NCBI RefSeq assembly: GCF_004010195.1
Contig: NC_057720.1
Coordinates: 35,424,771-35,466,859, forward strand
DNA length: 42,089 nt
Direction: 5' to 3'
Source: Chiloscyllium plagiosum
Taxonomy: Eukaryota
Under the pieces are notes generated by a model. It worked only from the letters and a program-made list of their open reading frames with translations. It was not told where the DNA came from and did no database searches. A program made the position numbers and the translations under genes. Below, one piece after another: positions 11,061 to 23,998 of this stretch (positions are counted from its first letter, which is position 1; the number at the start of each line of letters is the position of its first letter).

Positions 11061-12700
11061 GTAGTTCATCTGGATGCTGCCTTTATCCAGCATCCGGATA
11101 CTTTAAAATAGCTAAAACCTGATTTCCTTTACATTCTTTTAACATATTAATGTAATATCACCAGTTTTTATTTCAACTGAAATCAGTTAATAAAACATAA
11201 ATATTCCCACGCCTGGTTGATACCCATTCCAGCAAATTATCTGTGTTCCTATCCATATAGAATGGCAGTAATCGAACCACACACTCTGCTCTGAGGAATG
11301 ACTTCTAGGCCAGTAGTAATATAAATTGCCTCCAGCTTGCAGAAAACAAAACTGATCTTTATCCTTTGTGAACATTGTAGTTAAAAATAATCTTAAAAGA
11401 TTAGAATGCTTCATTTTTGTCACATTTTACACAGTACCAAATCAATTTGTTTCCACACGGTGGTACTGTATGGAAGAGCTCTAGTGCAACATTGCCCCGT
11501 CTACAATTCCAGAGCCAAGTCTTGTGTCTCTGCTGCCAGGCAAACTGTAATGGGAGGCAGAACTGCTGGAATTATTGTAGGAACATCTAATACTAAACAT
11601 ATGTGCTACTTTAGCATAAGCTTAGTAGTCAATGCATGGTACCCCAAGTCCAACTATTACAGCGGCCCCAGAGTATGACCTTTTAGCTCTCACACTAACA
11701 ATCAAAATTGCCCAATGACTAGAAGAATCAAATCAGGTGTTACACGTTACTCAGACATTAAACCTGCATAACATTAGAAACTAAAAGGTTTAGTTTGCAC
11801 ATTACTGGCACCAAGTGGGGATATATGATAAATCTGAAAACTGACCAATGTGAATTGTAATCAAATCTAGGAACTGCAGTTAGAACAACTTAACTCCTCC
11901 CTTTATAGGGTGAATGATGAACAAAAAAAATTATGCTATTGGGCATAATTATAAATTAGGAAGTGTTGAATTAAGTCTAAAAGAGAACCTTAATTGGGGT
12001 AATGAACTTACCTCAACCATGGTGTGTGGAATTTAACAATAAATGCATGTCTTTCAGTTCATTAGTGTTTTATACCTCAAAACTCTCATTAGCACTATGG
12101 CAATGTGCCATTGTAATCAGGCACTCAGAAAAAAAAACTCCCTTCCTGCAATCTTTTACAGCACTATCTGTGGTTATAGCACTGGAAATGTTTTATTTGT
12201 TACATGTATGACCAATGTGGTAAAGTCAAACTGTTTTCCTTTTAGTTCCATTTTACAAAAAAGTCTTTGTTTAAATAAGCTAAGTTAATGAGAATAATGA
12301 ATGAGAATTACATAGTCACATACACACGTATCCACAAATAGTTAGCTATGTACTGCCCGGTTTCATTAAAAAAGGCGGCAGTAACAAGATTACATGCATA
12401 CACTTTGATTAAAGACGCAAGGGCCTAGAATTCCAACTTTATTGCTGTCTTCAGGGTATGGTTTAATGGTAACATTAGTAACAAGCCGCCACAGCAAGCA
12501 AATTTTAAAGGACGTCGTGAAAGTGTTTATATAATAAATTGTGTATTGGAAAAGGCTGGCTGCGAAACAGATGAGCATTTTCTTATTAATTGCTTCCTTC
12601 TGTACTGCAATGTTTGAACGGATTATAACACTTTTCCCTGAAGGCACTAGGGTAGAACGACAAAGAAAAGAAACATGAAGAAATGGAAGGATATACCTAC

Positions 12701-12775
12701 CAGTGTTCTGAGCCAGCATTCCTCACAATGAACATGCCAACACTGGATTGATGTGAGAGGCATCGAGTAGGAGTC
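12701..12775 (-). CDS. RNF220: Penultimate coding exon of RNF220 (central part of the C3HC4 RING finger)
   Basis: 75 nt, 25 codons: DSYSMPLTSIQCWHVHCEECWLRTL, in frame (phase 0) after ...KCLICM. Acceptor ttttgtgcAG (12777-12776), donor GTAGGT (12700-12695). Confidence 0.96.
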
Positions 12776-13199
12776 CTGCACAAAATTTTAAAAAAATTCT
12801 GAATAATAGTTTTATTAAAAACAGGAAAAGTGGCAACAGTTTAAATACCATTTGCGTTTAGTGACAAATTTTCACATGATTATATATGTCTTTGTTTTTG
12901 AGCGTGGAGCCCTCCAACTGTATTCAACAGACAAGATCACCAATGATTTTCTTTGAAATAAGTATTAGCTAGTTCAGGTGATGCAAAAATTGTGTCATAG
13001 CAACAACCACTCAAATAGAATCAGTGCAATGCAATAATACTTAGTTTCCTCATTTCTGCTCATCCTCCAGGATTGTGGAAGCTTCAATGTTTAGAAGAAA
13101 GAAGGCAGCTATTTGGCCCACTGAGTCTAGCTCGGCCTTTCTTAGAGACAACCAAAACAAATCTCAGTGACTTGCTTTCTCTCCACAGTTTACATTAAT

Positions 13200-13960
13200 G
13201 ATTACTTGCATTTGTATAGTCCATTTAAAGCATTAAAATGTTACAAGATGCCTCACAAATTTTTATCAAACAAAATATGACACTGAGCTATATAATATAA
13301 TGTTATGGCAGGTCATCAAAAGGGGTTGCTTTAAATACTATCTTAATTAAGGGCGGAAACAGCAGTTTAGTGAACAATTTCCAGAGCTTAGGACCTTAGC
13401 AGTATAGTTGCCATTGGTGCAACAACTAAAATCAGAGATGATCAAGAGGTCAGAATTGGGGAAACATATATCGTAGAAGGTTGTACTGATAGATGAGATT
13501 ACAGAGATAGGGAGGAGTGAGCCCACACAGGGATTTGAAAACATGAGAAGGATTTAAAATCAAGGTATCGCTTGACCAGAGGTCATAAAGGTAAGTAAGT
13601 ACAAGGAGAATGGAACCTAAAATGAGTTAGGTGGCATTATATTAAACTATTTGAAGTTTACTAAAGGTGGCAAGTGGGAGGATGGCTAGCATTGCAATGA
13701 ATAATCAAGCTGAGAGATAATATCAGGGCATCAGCAGCTAATGAGTTGAGGCAAGACAAATTTGAGATATAACAGAGATGGAAAGAGGCGGTCTTCAAGA
13801 CGACATGAAGTTCATTTCATACTCTAATGTGACAAACAATCTGATTCAGTCTCAGATAGTTGCCAGGGTGAAGGATACAGTCAGTAACCGGTGATCAAGG
13901 TTGCAAAGAGAACTTAAAACAATGGCTTCAAGTCACTTTTAAGTGGAAACACTAATTGCT
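13200..13960 (-). mobile_element. Ancient L2-like LINE relic
   Basis: acttgcatttgtatagtccatttaa...aagatgcctcaca is the reverse complement of an L2-type terminus, followed by a purine-rich decayed body. Confidence 0.55.
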
Positions 13961-13964
13961 CATC

Positions 13965-14445
13965 ATAGAGTCATACAGCATGGTAACAGACCCTTCAATC
14001 CAACCAGTCCATACTGACCAAACTAAACTAGTCCCACCTGCCTGCACTTGGCCCATATTCCTCCAAACATTTCTTATTCATGTACTTATCTAAACTTCTT
14101 TTGAACACTGTAATTGTACCCACATCCACCACTTCCTCTGGAAGTTCATTCCATACAAAGCACTCTCTGGGTAAAAAAAATTGCCCCGTCTTTTTTAAAT
14201 CTTTCTCCTCTCATCTTAAAAATATGCCCACTGGTCTTGAAATCCCCAAACCCAAGGAAAAGACACTTGCCATTCATCTTATCTATATTCCTCATGATTT
14301 TATAAACCTCTATAAAGGTCACCCCTCAAACTCCTATACTCCAGCGAAAAAAAATCCCAGCCTATCTACCCTCTCTTTATAACTCATACCTCCATTTTCA
14401 GCAACATCCTGATAAATCTCTTCCGAACCCTTTCCAACTTAACAT
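13965..14445 (-). mobile_element. CR1 LINE 3' fragment
   Basis: Reverse-complement match to the 5866-6225 family, starting catagagtcatacagcatgg. Confidence 0.87.
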
Positions 14446-17400
14446 TATCTTTATTACATTGTTTACATTTCCTTAAATATTTAACCATTCACTTAAAAGG
14501 TGCAATAATTTCTATCCCAAAAACGTCCTGTAACAAAGCAGTATATGACTCCATCGTGCAGCTATCCTGTTTAAAAAAAAACCTAACCTCTTTTTCTGAG
14601 TTTTATTAACGGTTTTAAATTTAATCTTTCTTCAATTACTCCAAAACCAAACTAAACTGACTTGCCCTATTCACTTTCAAAACCTTCATAACTTGCTTGT
14701 CAAATTCCATAAAATCTCAGCTTAGTCCTCACCATTCAGTAGAAAATGCCCCAGCATCAGACATTTCACTTCAAAACTCAATCTTCCTAGTCCTGACATC
14801 ATGGTACTCTATGACTTTAATGCCCTTTCCATAATGGGATTAACCAATGTTACTCATCAACTTATCATTACTTCTTTACTCTTGCTATTATGCTCTCTTT
14901 TTTTGAAGAAAAATTCTAAAATTGTCTGATTTTTGTTTATAATTTATTTACCCCACTTTTACTTGCAAGAGATTATACTTTCGAATTCCTACGTTCCTCA
15001 ATTATATCCTTCAGTCTTATTTTTTCTTAGGTGTATATTCCAACAACTTACTTTTTTATTACAAAATGTATTACTCCATATTACTTACATGAAGTCTCAG
15101 GTATTACAGTTATGGTTTACCAGATTGCAATGATTCTTGTAATCCAATCTGCTTCAGAGACTTCAACAATCTACAGCAGGCACCTCAAAGCACAGGAGAA
15201 ATCCAGTGTCAAAAAAGGTTGCCCATTAGCTGCCCCTCTCTAAAGACAACATGTCCATCATCAATGCATGAGTAACTCAAAACTAGCTTTGGTGACAAGG
15301 CAGATCGCTTGAATGCCTAACACCTAATTCTTGAGGCAACTGCTCAACTAGGAACTTGTCACAGATGAACTTCTCATCTGCCTGTGCATGGAAGTGTCTG
15401 CAGTTCTTGCACTCCGTTATCAACCATTTTCTAAAACCATCAAACTGGAACAGAAGCAAGTCGTCCCCGATCATGAGGGGCTAAGAATAAAGAGAAATTG
15501 TACCTGCCCATTCAAAGGACCTGTGTCTGTCTTACTGATGCTATTACAGTCCTTTGCATTCTTGCAGCATGTTACTTAACTACAGACTTCCAATGCTATA
15601 ACAGCTTAAAATTTAATGAATTTTTACATTCATTTAGCATGTTTCCTGATTTTATCTATGCAGGTGAAACAGATCATTAGGCTATACTCCACTGCTTTCA
15701 GCAGCTGTGCTCATGTGTTCATTATTTGCCTGCTACTCACATGGACAATATAGCATGGTAGTGCAAATGAAACTCAAAACTAAAGCAGTAACACAACCAA
15801 AGATTCAAAGTGCATTTCATAAAAAGACACAGTGCTTACTGGCTGGGCAGCAGAGTTAACAGCAGTGACTTAATTGTCTCTGGAACAAACAGGCAGGTCA
15901 AATTTCACCACAACTGTTTATAATACCAGCACTAAATTAAGGTGCTGTCTTGCAATAAAGTTTTAGATATGACTAAGGAATGTTTTCGCGTGATACTAAT
16001 GTGCATTTTAAATTGCAGCAATGGAAGCCTTCAGAGAAGTTAAGTCTGCAAACGAATAAGAGAACACAGCTGCATTTATGCAAAATAAATATTATACTTA
16101 ATACATGGCAACTTTAAAATTTACATAGATGCAAAAGTTGATAATCAAGTCATTAACCTGCCTTCCCCTTTATAGCTGCTGACTAATACATATCTCTCTT
16201 GGTTTTAAATATTCAACATTTTATCTTCTTCCTTTTTATTTGCTCCTTTGAGCACCGCTGGTCTCTTGACACAAACCAAAACCAATTAAATAGTCTTAAC
16301 AGATCTGGATGAGGGTTTTTGAGGTTGTCTTATAATTCATTTGAGAAAAAGACTGCCTTTAAGTTTGATACTCAGCATCAATCTAACTCATGAAACAATG
16401 GAATATAGCAAAGAATAGAATATTTTGTGTAAGAGTTCTTGGATATGATATTTACATATGTGAATATTTAAGAAGTTGGAATTCCTACTTGAAATAAAAG
16501 TGTGATACATTACAACACACATAGGTCTTAAATGGCCTATAAATTCATTGTTAATCTGTTTTCCAGTTTTTTTAATATTAGCACTATTCCCGTTATGGAT
16601 AATTCAGAATCACTGTTCTCATTAATCAACTTTTCATGAAATTCTGGCAAATTTCCAGAATTTCAGACCAAGACCTAACAACTGGTGAAGGGAAAATCTC
16701 CATGTTATTAAACGTTTCACCTTTCTTTAATAAGTTACACATGGAAGCATGTACAATGAAAGAAAGGTTCAAGAAAGCTATTTTCTAATCATCATTCTAA
16801 TTGCCCTCACCCACTTGCAACAGAGCTAAAGAACAACAAATCAATTCAATAGCATAATTCTTGAAACAACTGGTTGAAAAGACTTCTATTTATGAATACT
16901 GAACAGAAACTTCAGAGGGTTAATGGTCCCTGTGTTATTCACTAGAAATGCGTGTTCATGAATACTTATGAAAAATGTCAGTAATGTCACAAATTCCTTT
17001 CTCATCCAGATGCAGATTTCGATTGTTAAGAACGGAGCATTTCCAGTTTGGGCACATATAACACATTGAAAAGGTGAAGCTCCCTTTAATCTGCTCTAGA
17101 AGGAGAAAACAATAACATTCTTCCTTGCATCATCTGCAACTGCAGAAACATCTTGAGGTCGATTTTAAGAATGCTTGGAGCATGTGCTCATTTTGCAGTC
17201 AATTAATTTACCTTTCATACCAAGGTTTCCACTATAATGTGGTATGACACAGACCAAAAAATGAAAAATCTTTCTATATCTTCATAACAAATAGCACTAA
17301 GGAATATTTTACAAAACAGAAATTTTGCTTAATTTTATCTGTATATTATGGAAAGAACTTTACAGAATAGTTATGCAGTTTTAAACTTTAAAGGAAACAA

Positions 17401-18507
17401 AGTAGGTTATGATAAATGACTTCTCTACATGCGTGGAATAATTAGAAACAAGAGTATTCAAATTTTATTCATTAATAGTTAAATCTGCTCTACATTGGTA
17501 GCAAGACCCATGACAATATAGAAGGTATAATTGTTGTGATAACTTTTTGAATTTACTTAATATGTGGATGAGCCACACAGATTGGAAAATGCCAGATTTG
17601 GCCTGTAAGTTGTGTTAATTTTACTTATACTAGTTCAAAAGTTTCAGAAGTGCCTTCATCACAAGTGATTACCACTAAGCAATTTTGTTGCAAGTACGTT
17701 TTGCACTGAATATTCATTAATACTCGCAAAACTCTGCTATTGTTTGTAATTCGATAATAGAGAGTAGGGTGAGGTTTTTTTGTTTTACTGAGATCTGTTT
17801 CTTGATTGAATTTTAAAATAGAAGACAAATATCAAGTTATCCCAGAGCAGTAAGGATGTGATATGCTGAGTTTTTGAGCAAAGTACATTGTGTTTGTTTT
17901 TAGGCATTTTATGGGTCTGTAGATTGTTAAAAGAGCAGTGATAGCTTTTAGTAGGGTGGTGTGCTCTTCCTATCTGATGTGAGAAATCAGAAAGCATTTC
18001 AATGTTCTTGGATACTCTCTGTAGGAAGTGTGTTTGGTTGCAAAACCCAGAGGATCGCATGGATCAGTTGGTGAGGCAGTTGGATGCAATAAGGAATTTA
18101 CAGGAGCTGGGGGTGTGATAGATGGCAGTTTCAGGATGGTAGAAAAACCAAAGATACAGTCAGGTAGATAGGCTACCACCAGGAAAGGTAGGCAGCTAGA
18201 CTAGGAGTCTCCTGTGGCTGTACCCATCTCAAACAAGGATGTGGGTGATGGCCTCACTGGGGAACATACCACTGACAGCAGGTTTCTGGTACCCTGACCA
18301 GCTCTACGATAAAGAAGAGTTAATCAGGTTCGAATTGATTAACTGTGATCGGGTACTGTCTAGTCAGAGGTACAATCAGATGTTTCTGTGGCCATCAGTA
18401 AGATATCAAAATGGGATCATCAAAAGACTCAAATCAGTGACTCACTGTTCCTGACAGGCCCTGGTCTAAGCTCCCGCCCTTTGAACTGCTGCTTCTGCTG
18501 CTGAAAA

Positions 18508-19448
18508 ACAGGATCTGTTTTGGGACCACTGCTGTTTGTCGTTTTTATAAATGACTTAGACGCAGGAATAGGTGGAAGAGTTAGTAAGTTTGCAGATGAT
18601 ACTAAAGTCGGTGGAGTTGTGGACAGTATGGAAGAATGTTGCAGGTTGCAGGGGGACTTGTATAAACTGCAGAATTGGGCTGAGAGGTGGCAAATGGAGT
18701 TCAATGCAGCTAAATGTGAGGTGATGCACTTTGGGAAGAATAACAGGAAGGCAGTATGCTGGGTCAGTGGAAAGATTCTTGGTAGTGTGGACGTGCAGAG
18801 GGATCTTGGAGTCCATGTATATAGATCCCTGAAAGTTGCCACCCAGGTTGATTAGTGCTGTTAAGAAGGCATATGGTGTGTTAGGTTTTATTGGTAGAGG
18901 GATTGAGTTCCAGAGCTGTAATGTCATGCTGCAACTGTACAAAATGCTAGTGCAGCCGTACTTGGAATATTGTGTACAGTTCTGGTCGCCCCATTACAGG
19001 AAGCATGTGGAAGCACTTGAAAAGGTGCAGAGGAGATTTACCAGGATATTGCCTGGTCTGGAGGGAAGGTCTTATAAGGAAAGGCTGAGAGACTTGGGTC
19101 TGTTCTCATTGGCAAGAAGAAGGCTAAGAGGGGATTTGACAGAGACATACAAGATGATCAGAGGATTAGATAGGATAGACAAAGTCTTTTTCCTAAGATG
19201 ATAACGTCAGCTTATACGAGGGGGCATAGCTACAAATTGAGGGGTGATAGATTTAAGACAGATGTCAGAGGCAGGTTCTTTACTCAGACAGCGGTAAGGG
19301 CGTGGAATGCCCTGCCTGCCAATGTAGTTAACTCAGCCACACTAGGGAGATTTAAACAATCCTTGGATAAGCATATGGACAATGATGGGGTAGTGTAGGA
19401 GGATGGGCTTAGATTAGTTCACAGGTCGGCGCAACAGAGGGCCGAAGG
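18508..19448 (+). mobile_element. Younger CR1 3' half nested in ORF1 of the older CR1
   Basis: [17 protein letters not shown]...SKFADDTK...WQMEFNAAKC...YLEYCVQFWSP...FFTQTAVRAWNALP. Confidence 0.93.
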
Positions 19449-20165
19449 GTGCAGAATATTCTGAAAAGGGAGAGTGATCAGCAGAAGGTCAAGTACACAG
19501 TGGTAACAATGGCAGAGGTAGAGAAAGGGATGAGGTTCTGCAGAAAGAATATAGGAAATTAGGCTGAAAAATAGGTCCTCAGGGTTGTAATATTTGGATT
19601 AATACCAGTGCCATGTGTTAGCGACAGTAGGAACAGCAGGACAGAGCAGATGAATGTGTGGCTAAAAGGCTGGTGTAGGGGGCAAGGATTCAAAATTTTA
19701 GACTATTAGGATCTGTTCTGGAATAGAAGTGACCTGTATAAGGAGAATGAGTTGTACCTGAATTGGAAGGGAACCAATATCCTGCTTGGGAGGTTTGATA
19801 ATACTATTTGCGAGGATTTAAACTAGCAATTAGGAGGGCACAATTCAAAGAGTTGGTGAGAAAAGAGATGAGTCTGAGGCTGACACAGTAGATAATGGGA
19901 GCAAGTTCAATTGTCAAGGGAGGCAAGAGCATGGCAGGGAATGAGGTAAGACTGATAAATTAAATAGCATTTATTTCAATGCAAGAGGCCTGACAGGTAA
20001 GGCAGATTAACTTAGGGCATGGTTGGGAACGTGGGATTTAGATAGCATAGCTATTACAGAAACTTGATTCAGGGAAGGACAGGATTGGCAGCTTAATGTT
20101 CTGGGGTATAGTGCTATCAGAAAGGGTAGAATCTTTGGTTCAGGATAACATTATGGTTTTACTTA

Positions 20166-20345
20166 GCCATGATGTGGAAATGCTGCTGTTGGACTGGGGT
20201 GGACAAAGTCAGAAGTCACACAACACCAGGTTGTAGGCCGAGCCTTTTAGGGTGAAGTGATCTGATGGAGGAGGAGAGCTCCGAAAGCTTGTGACTTCAA
20301 ACAAACTGTTGGACTCTAACTTAGTGTCATGTGACTTCTGAATTT
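20166..20345. mobile_element. PLE-derived fold-back mini-element of a distinct family, inserted in the CR1 endonuclease region
   Basis: About 38-nt tail, then aaagtcagaagtcacacaacaccagg inverted against cttagtgtcatgtgacttctgaattt. Hammerhead-like CUGAUGG-A-GGAG...CUCC-GAAA-GC-UU. Flanks ttttacttag/ttttactgag. Confidence 0.7.
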
Positions 20346-22269
20346 TACTGAGGGAGGACATTCCTGGGAGAACATCTAGTGAAGTTATATGGATGGAACT
20401 GAGAAATAAGGAAGGGATGATCACCTTATTTTGATTGTACTATAGGCCTCCCCAATAGTGAGAAACTGAGAAGCAAATCTGGACGGAGATCTCAGATAGC
20501 TATAAGAATAATAGGGTTGTAATGGTTAGGGGATTTTAACTTTCTAAACATAAGACTGGGACTGCCACAGTTTTAAGGGCTTGGATGGAAAGGAATTTAT
20601 TAAGCGTGTACAAGAAAGTTTTCTTAATCAATATGTGGATGTACCTACTTGAGAAGGAGCAAAGCTTGACCTTCTCTTGGGAAACGAGGCAGGGCAGGTG
20701 ACTGAGCTGCCAGTTGCCAGCCACTTTGGGGCAAGTGACCATAATTCTATAAGGTTTAAAATAATTATGGAAAAGAACTGATTTAAACTGGAGTAAGGCT
20801 AATTTTGATGGTATTAGGCAGGAACTTTCAAATATTGATTGGGGGAGGCTGTTCGCAGGTAAAGGGATGGTTGGAAAGTAGGAGGCCTTCAAAAATGAGA
20901 GTTCAGAGACAATATATTCGAAAGGCAAGGCTATTAGATGTAGGGAATGCTGGCTGACTAGAATAACTGAGGCTCTAGTCAAGAAAAGGAAAGAAGCATA
21001 GACAGCTGGGTTCAAGTGAATCCCTAGAGGAGTATAAGGGCAGTAGAGTATACTTCAGAGGGGAATCAAGAAGGCAAAAAGGGGACATGAGATAGCTTTG
21101 GCAAATAGGATCAAGGAGAATCCAAAGAGATTCGACAAATGCACTAAGGGCACAAGAATAACTCGGAAGAGAATAGAGCCCCTTAAAGATCAACAAGGCC
21201 ATTGATGTGTGGAATGGAAGGAGATGGCTGAGACACTAAATGAATATTTCACATCAGTATTTACTGTGGAGAAGGATATGGAAGCTAGGGAACTTGGAGA
21301 AATAAATAGTGATGTCTTGAAAAGTATCCATGCTAAAGAAGAGGAGGGGCTTGAGGTCTTAAGATGGATAAAGGCAAATAAATCCCCAGGAACTGATCAG
21401 GCGTATCCCAGAACTTTGTGGAAGCTAGGAAAGGGATTGCTGGGCCCCTCACTGAAATATTTGCACTGTCAACAGCCACAAGTGAGATGCCAGAGCCTAG
21501 AGGATGGCTAATGTGAGGCCATTATTTACAAAATATGGTAAGGAAATGCCAGGGAACTATAGACCATTGAGCTAATCATCGGTGGTGGGTAAGTTGTTAG
21601 AGGGGATTCTGAGGGATAGGATTTACATGCATTTGAAAAGGCAAGGACTGATTAGGTACAGCCAACAATTTGGAAAGCTGGCCTTCATTGTTCAGTGCAT
21701 TAAGTATAGGAGTTGAGCCATCATATCGTGGCTGTACAGGACATTGGTGAGGCCACTTTTAGAATACTGCATTCAATTCTGGTCTCCCTTTGAGCTACAG
21801 GGAGAAGCTGAATAGGCTGGGGCTCCTTGCCATGGAGGGCGGAAGCTGAGTGGTGACCTTGTAGAGGTTTACAAAATGGATGGATGGATGGGGTGAATAG
21901 CCAAGGTCTTTTTCCCAGGGTACAGGAGTCCAAAACTAGTGGGCATTAGTTTAAGGTGAGAAGGAAAAGATATAAAAGGGACATGAAGTGCAACTTTTTC
22001 ATACAGAGGGTAGTGTGCGTGTATAGAATGAGGTTCCAGAGGAGGTGGTGGAGGCTGGTACAACTACATTTTTCAAAACATCTGGATAGGTACATGAATA
22101 GGAAGGGTTGAGAGAGATGTGGACCAAATGCTGGCAATTGGGGTCTACATCAGTTTAGAATATCTTGTGGGCATGGACCGGTTGGAGCAAACGGTCTGTT
22201 CCCATGCTGTATAACTCTATGACTCCATGACTATGACTAACTCCTCAGATACTGAAGCAGTCTGTGTCA

Positions 22270-23020
22270 TTATGTAGTATTACCTGGGCAACATTCAGAG
22301 TTGGACGAGTAACGAGCAATTAACATTAATGCCCCAGGCAATAACCCATTCCGAGAGAGAATCCATTCAACAGCCTGACACTCTATGGGATTACCATTGC
22401 TGAATCCACCAGTGCCAAAATGAACATCCTTTCAATGTGGAGGTTATCAGTAATCAGAAACTGAAGACTGTGGCGACAGGAGCAGGTAAGAAGCTGGGAA
22501 TTTGGTACCAAGTAGCTCCCCAAATCCTGTAGATACAGGCAGAAGTTAGGAATGTGATGGATTATTCTTCGCTTGTCTGAATGATCTCAGCTCCAACACT
22601 CAAGGTGTTCAACACTATCCAGGAAAAAGCAACCAACAGGTTCAGCACACCATTTGACAACTTAAACGTTTGCTCCCTCCATCACCGATGCACAGTAGCA
22701 GTACTGTATCGACATACAAGTTGTATTCCAGCAACTCTCCAAAGCATCTTTAATAGGATCTTCAAAAACCCACAACTTCTCTCAGGTAGAAGCACCAGGA
22801 AAGCAGATGCATGGGAACACTGCCACTTACAGGTTCCCACGAGGCCTTGTGCCACCCTGACCAAGAAATATATCAGTATTCCTTTGCTGTCACTAGGACA
22901 GAATTCTGGAACCCTCTGTGCATTTCGGACTGCATAAGATGAATTTCAGCATTCAAAAAAGCACTTTACCATCACCTTCTAAAAGACAATTAGAGATGGA
23001 TAATAAATGCTGGTCTAGTA
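22270..23020 (+). mobile_element. Old LINE 3' fragment (CR1/L2 group, family distinct from the young CR1s)
   Basis: Peptide SAPTLKVFNTIQEKA...SLHHRCTVAV...WEHCHLQVP. Terminus gatggataataaatgctgg. Homologous copies at 30.6 and 38.5 kb. Confidence 0.75.
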
Positions 23021-23998
23021 AGAATTTAGAAGTATTTGTTGCGTGAGTGTAAGTGAGGAGAGGACTTGCTTCAAGAATACCAAACCAAACAGCCAACTCA
23101 CATTCAATCTCAAGGTTTACATACTAGTGGGCACTTTGAAATGGACCTGAAACTTATTGAAGTTGATAACAATTCAACATTTTCAGAGAAGAGAAACTTA
23201 CAGATAAAGAAAAATTACAATCTTTGCAGTTATTAGCGTAACATGGATTTCTTTGAAGCATTATGCACGATGGCTTGGAAATAGATCTTTTAAAATGCAT
23301 TGCTGTAATGTAACAACATATTTTAAATAATTTCAAACTGAAGTTTCTTACACTGTAGAAAAACTGAAAGCTCTTAAAATGGATTAGATTACCACCAGGA
23401 GGAGCTAAAATACCAATGGGAAATTGTTTTGTTCAAGCTGCCTTTCTACATGCTGACTATCTCTTTGGTAACAGTGTCCAAATAAAGGACAGTCATATTT
23501 TATCTACATAATTGTAACGAGACTGACCAGACACACTTTCATTATGCTTAATTCTGTGGTAAACCAAGCCGACCAGTTGTCCCCCGAGCAAAGTCTTCTC
23601 ACAGCTCAAGGAGAAACGTTGCAATATTTAATATGAAAGCTTTCTATCATGAAAAGTATCTTTTTGTGGAAACTATGTTGCATGTTTTATAAATCTTGAA
23701 AGTTTGCAGAACATAGTTAAGTAGACAGACCATGTAAGAAGGCCCTTTTCTTCACCTTACAATAATGCATGATCTAGCTACCAAATAAAAATGCTGATGA
23801 AAATTAATCTCTCCCATTGACCGTAATCTATACTTAAGCATTAACCCAAAGGCATTTCACATAGTTCCAGAAGAAATTAGAAAGTTCCATGTTTGTATTC
23901 ATTCAACAAATTATACAAATTTCAAGGCTTCTTAAAATGCTAGGTTGCATAACACATCATGCTTTCATTAAGTAGGCAGAAGATGCTATACTTTCTAA

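Larger units (their letters stand above)
17985..22238 (+). mobile_element. Near-full-length decayed CR1 LINE: ORF1 with SGNH esterase-like domain, APE endonuclease, ORF2 with the RT core deleted
   Basis: ORF1 remnants ESPVAVPISNK, VIGYCLVRGT (GDSL-like block), RVVIFGLIPVP...NVWLKGWC...LYLNWKGTNIL. Endonuclease motifs YFNARGL, IAITET, YYRPP, GDFN, SDH. Jumps from QGLIRYSQ (about 21665) to the post-RT region. Tail ctatgactccatgactatgact. Confidence 0.88.

Noticed and set aside
11187..11345. Possible alternative terminal exon after ttttgttttctgcaAG on the minus strand (LEAIYITTGLEV...)
   Set aside because: Weak acceptor, no resemblance to RNF220, no supporting evidence.
1..12700. Final RNF220 exon (expected GAKKLCPQC...RRIYL)
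   Set aside because: No matching codon pattern found by eye on the minus strand; it probably lies left of the window.
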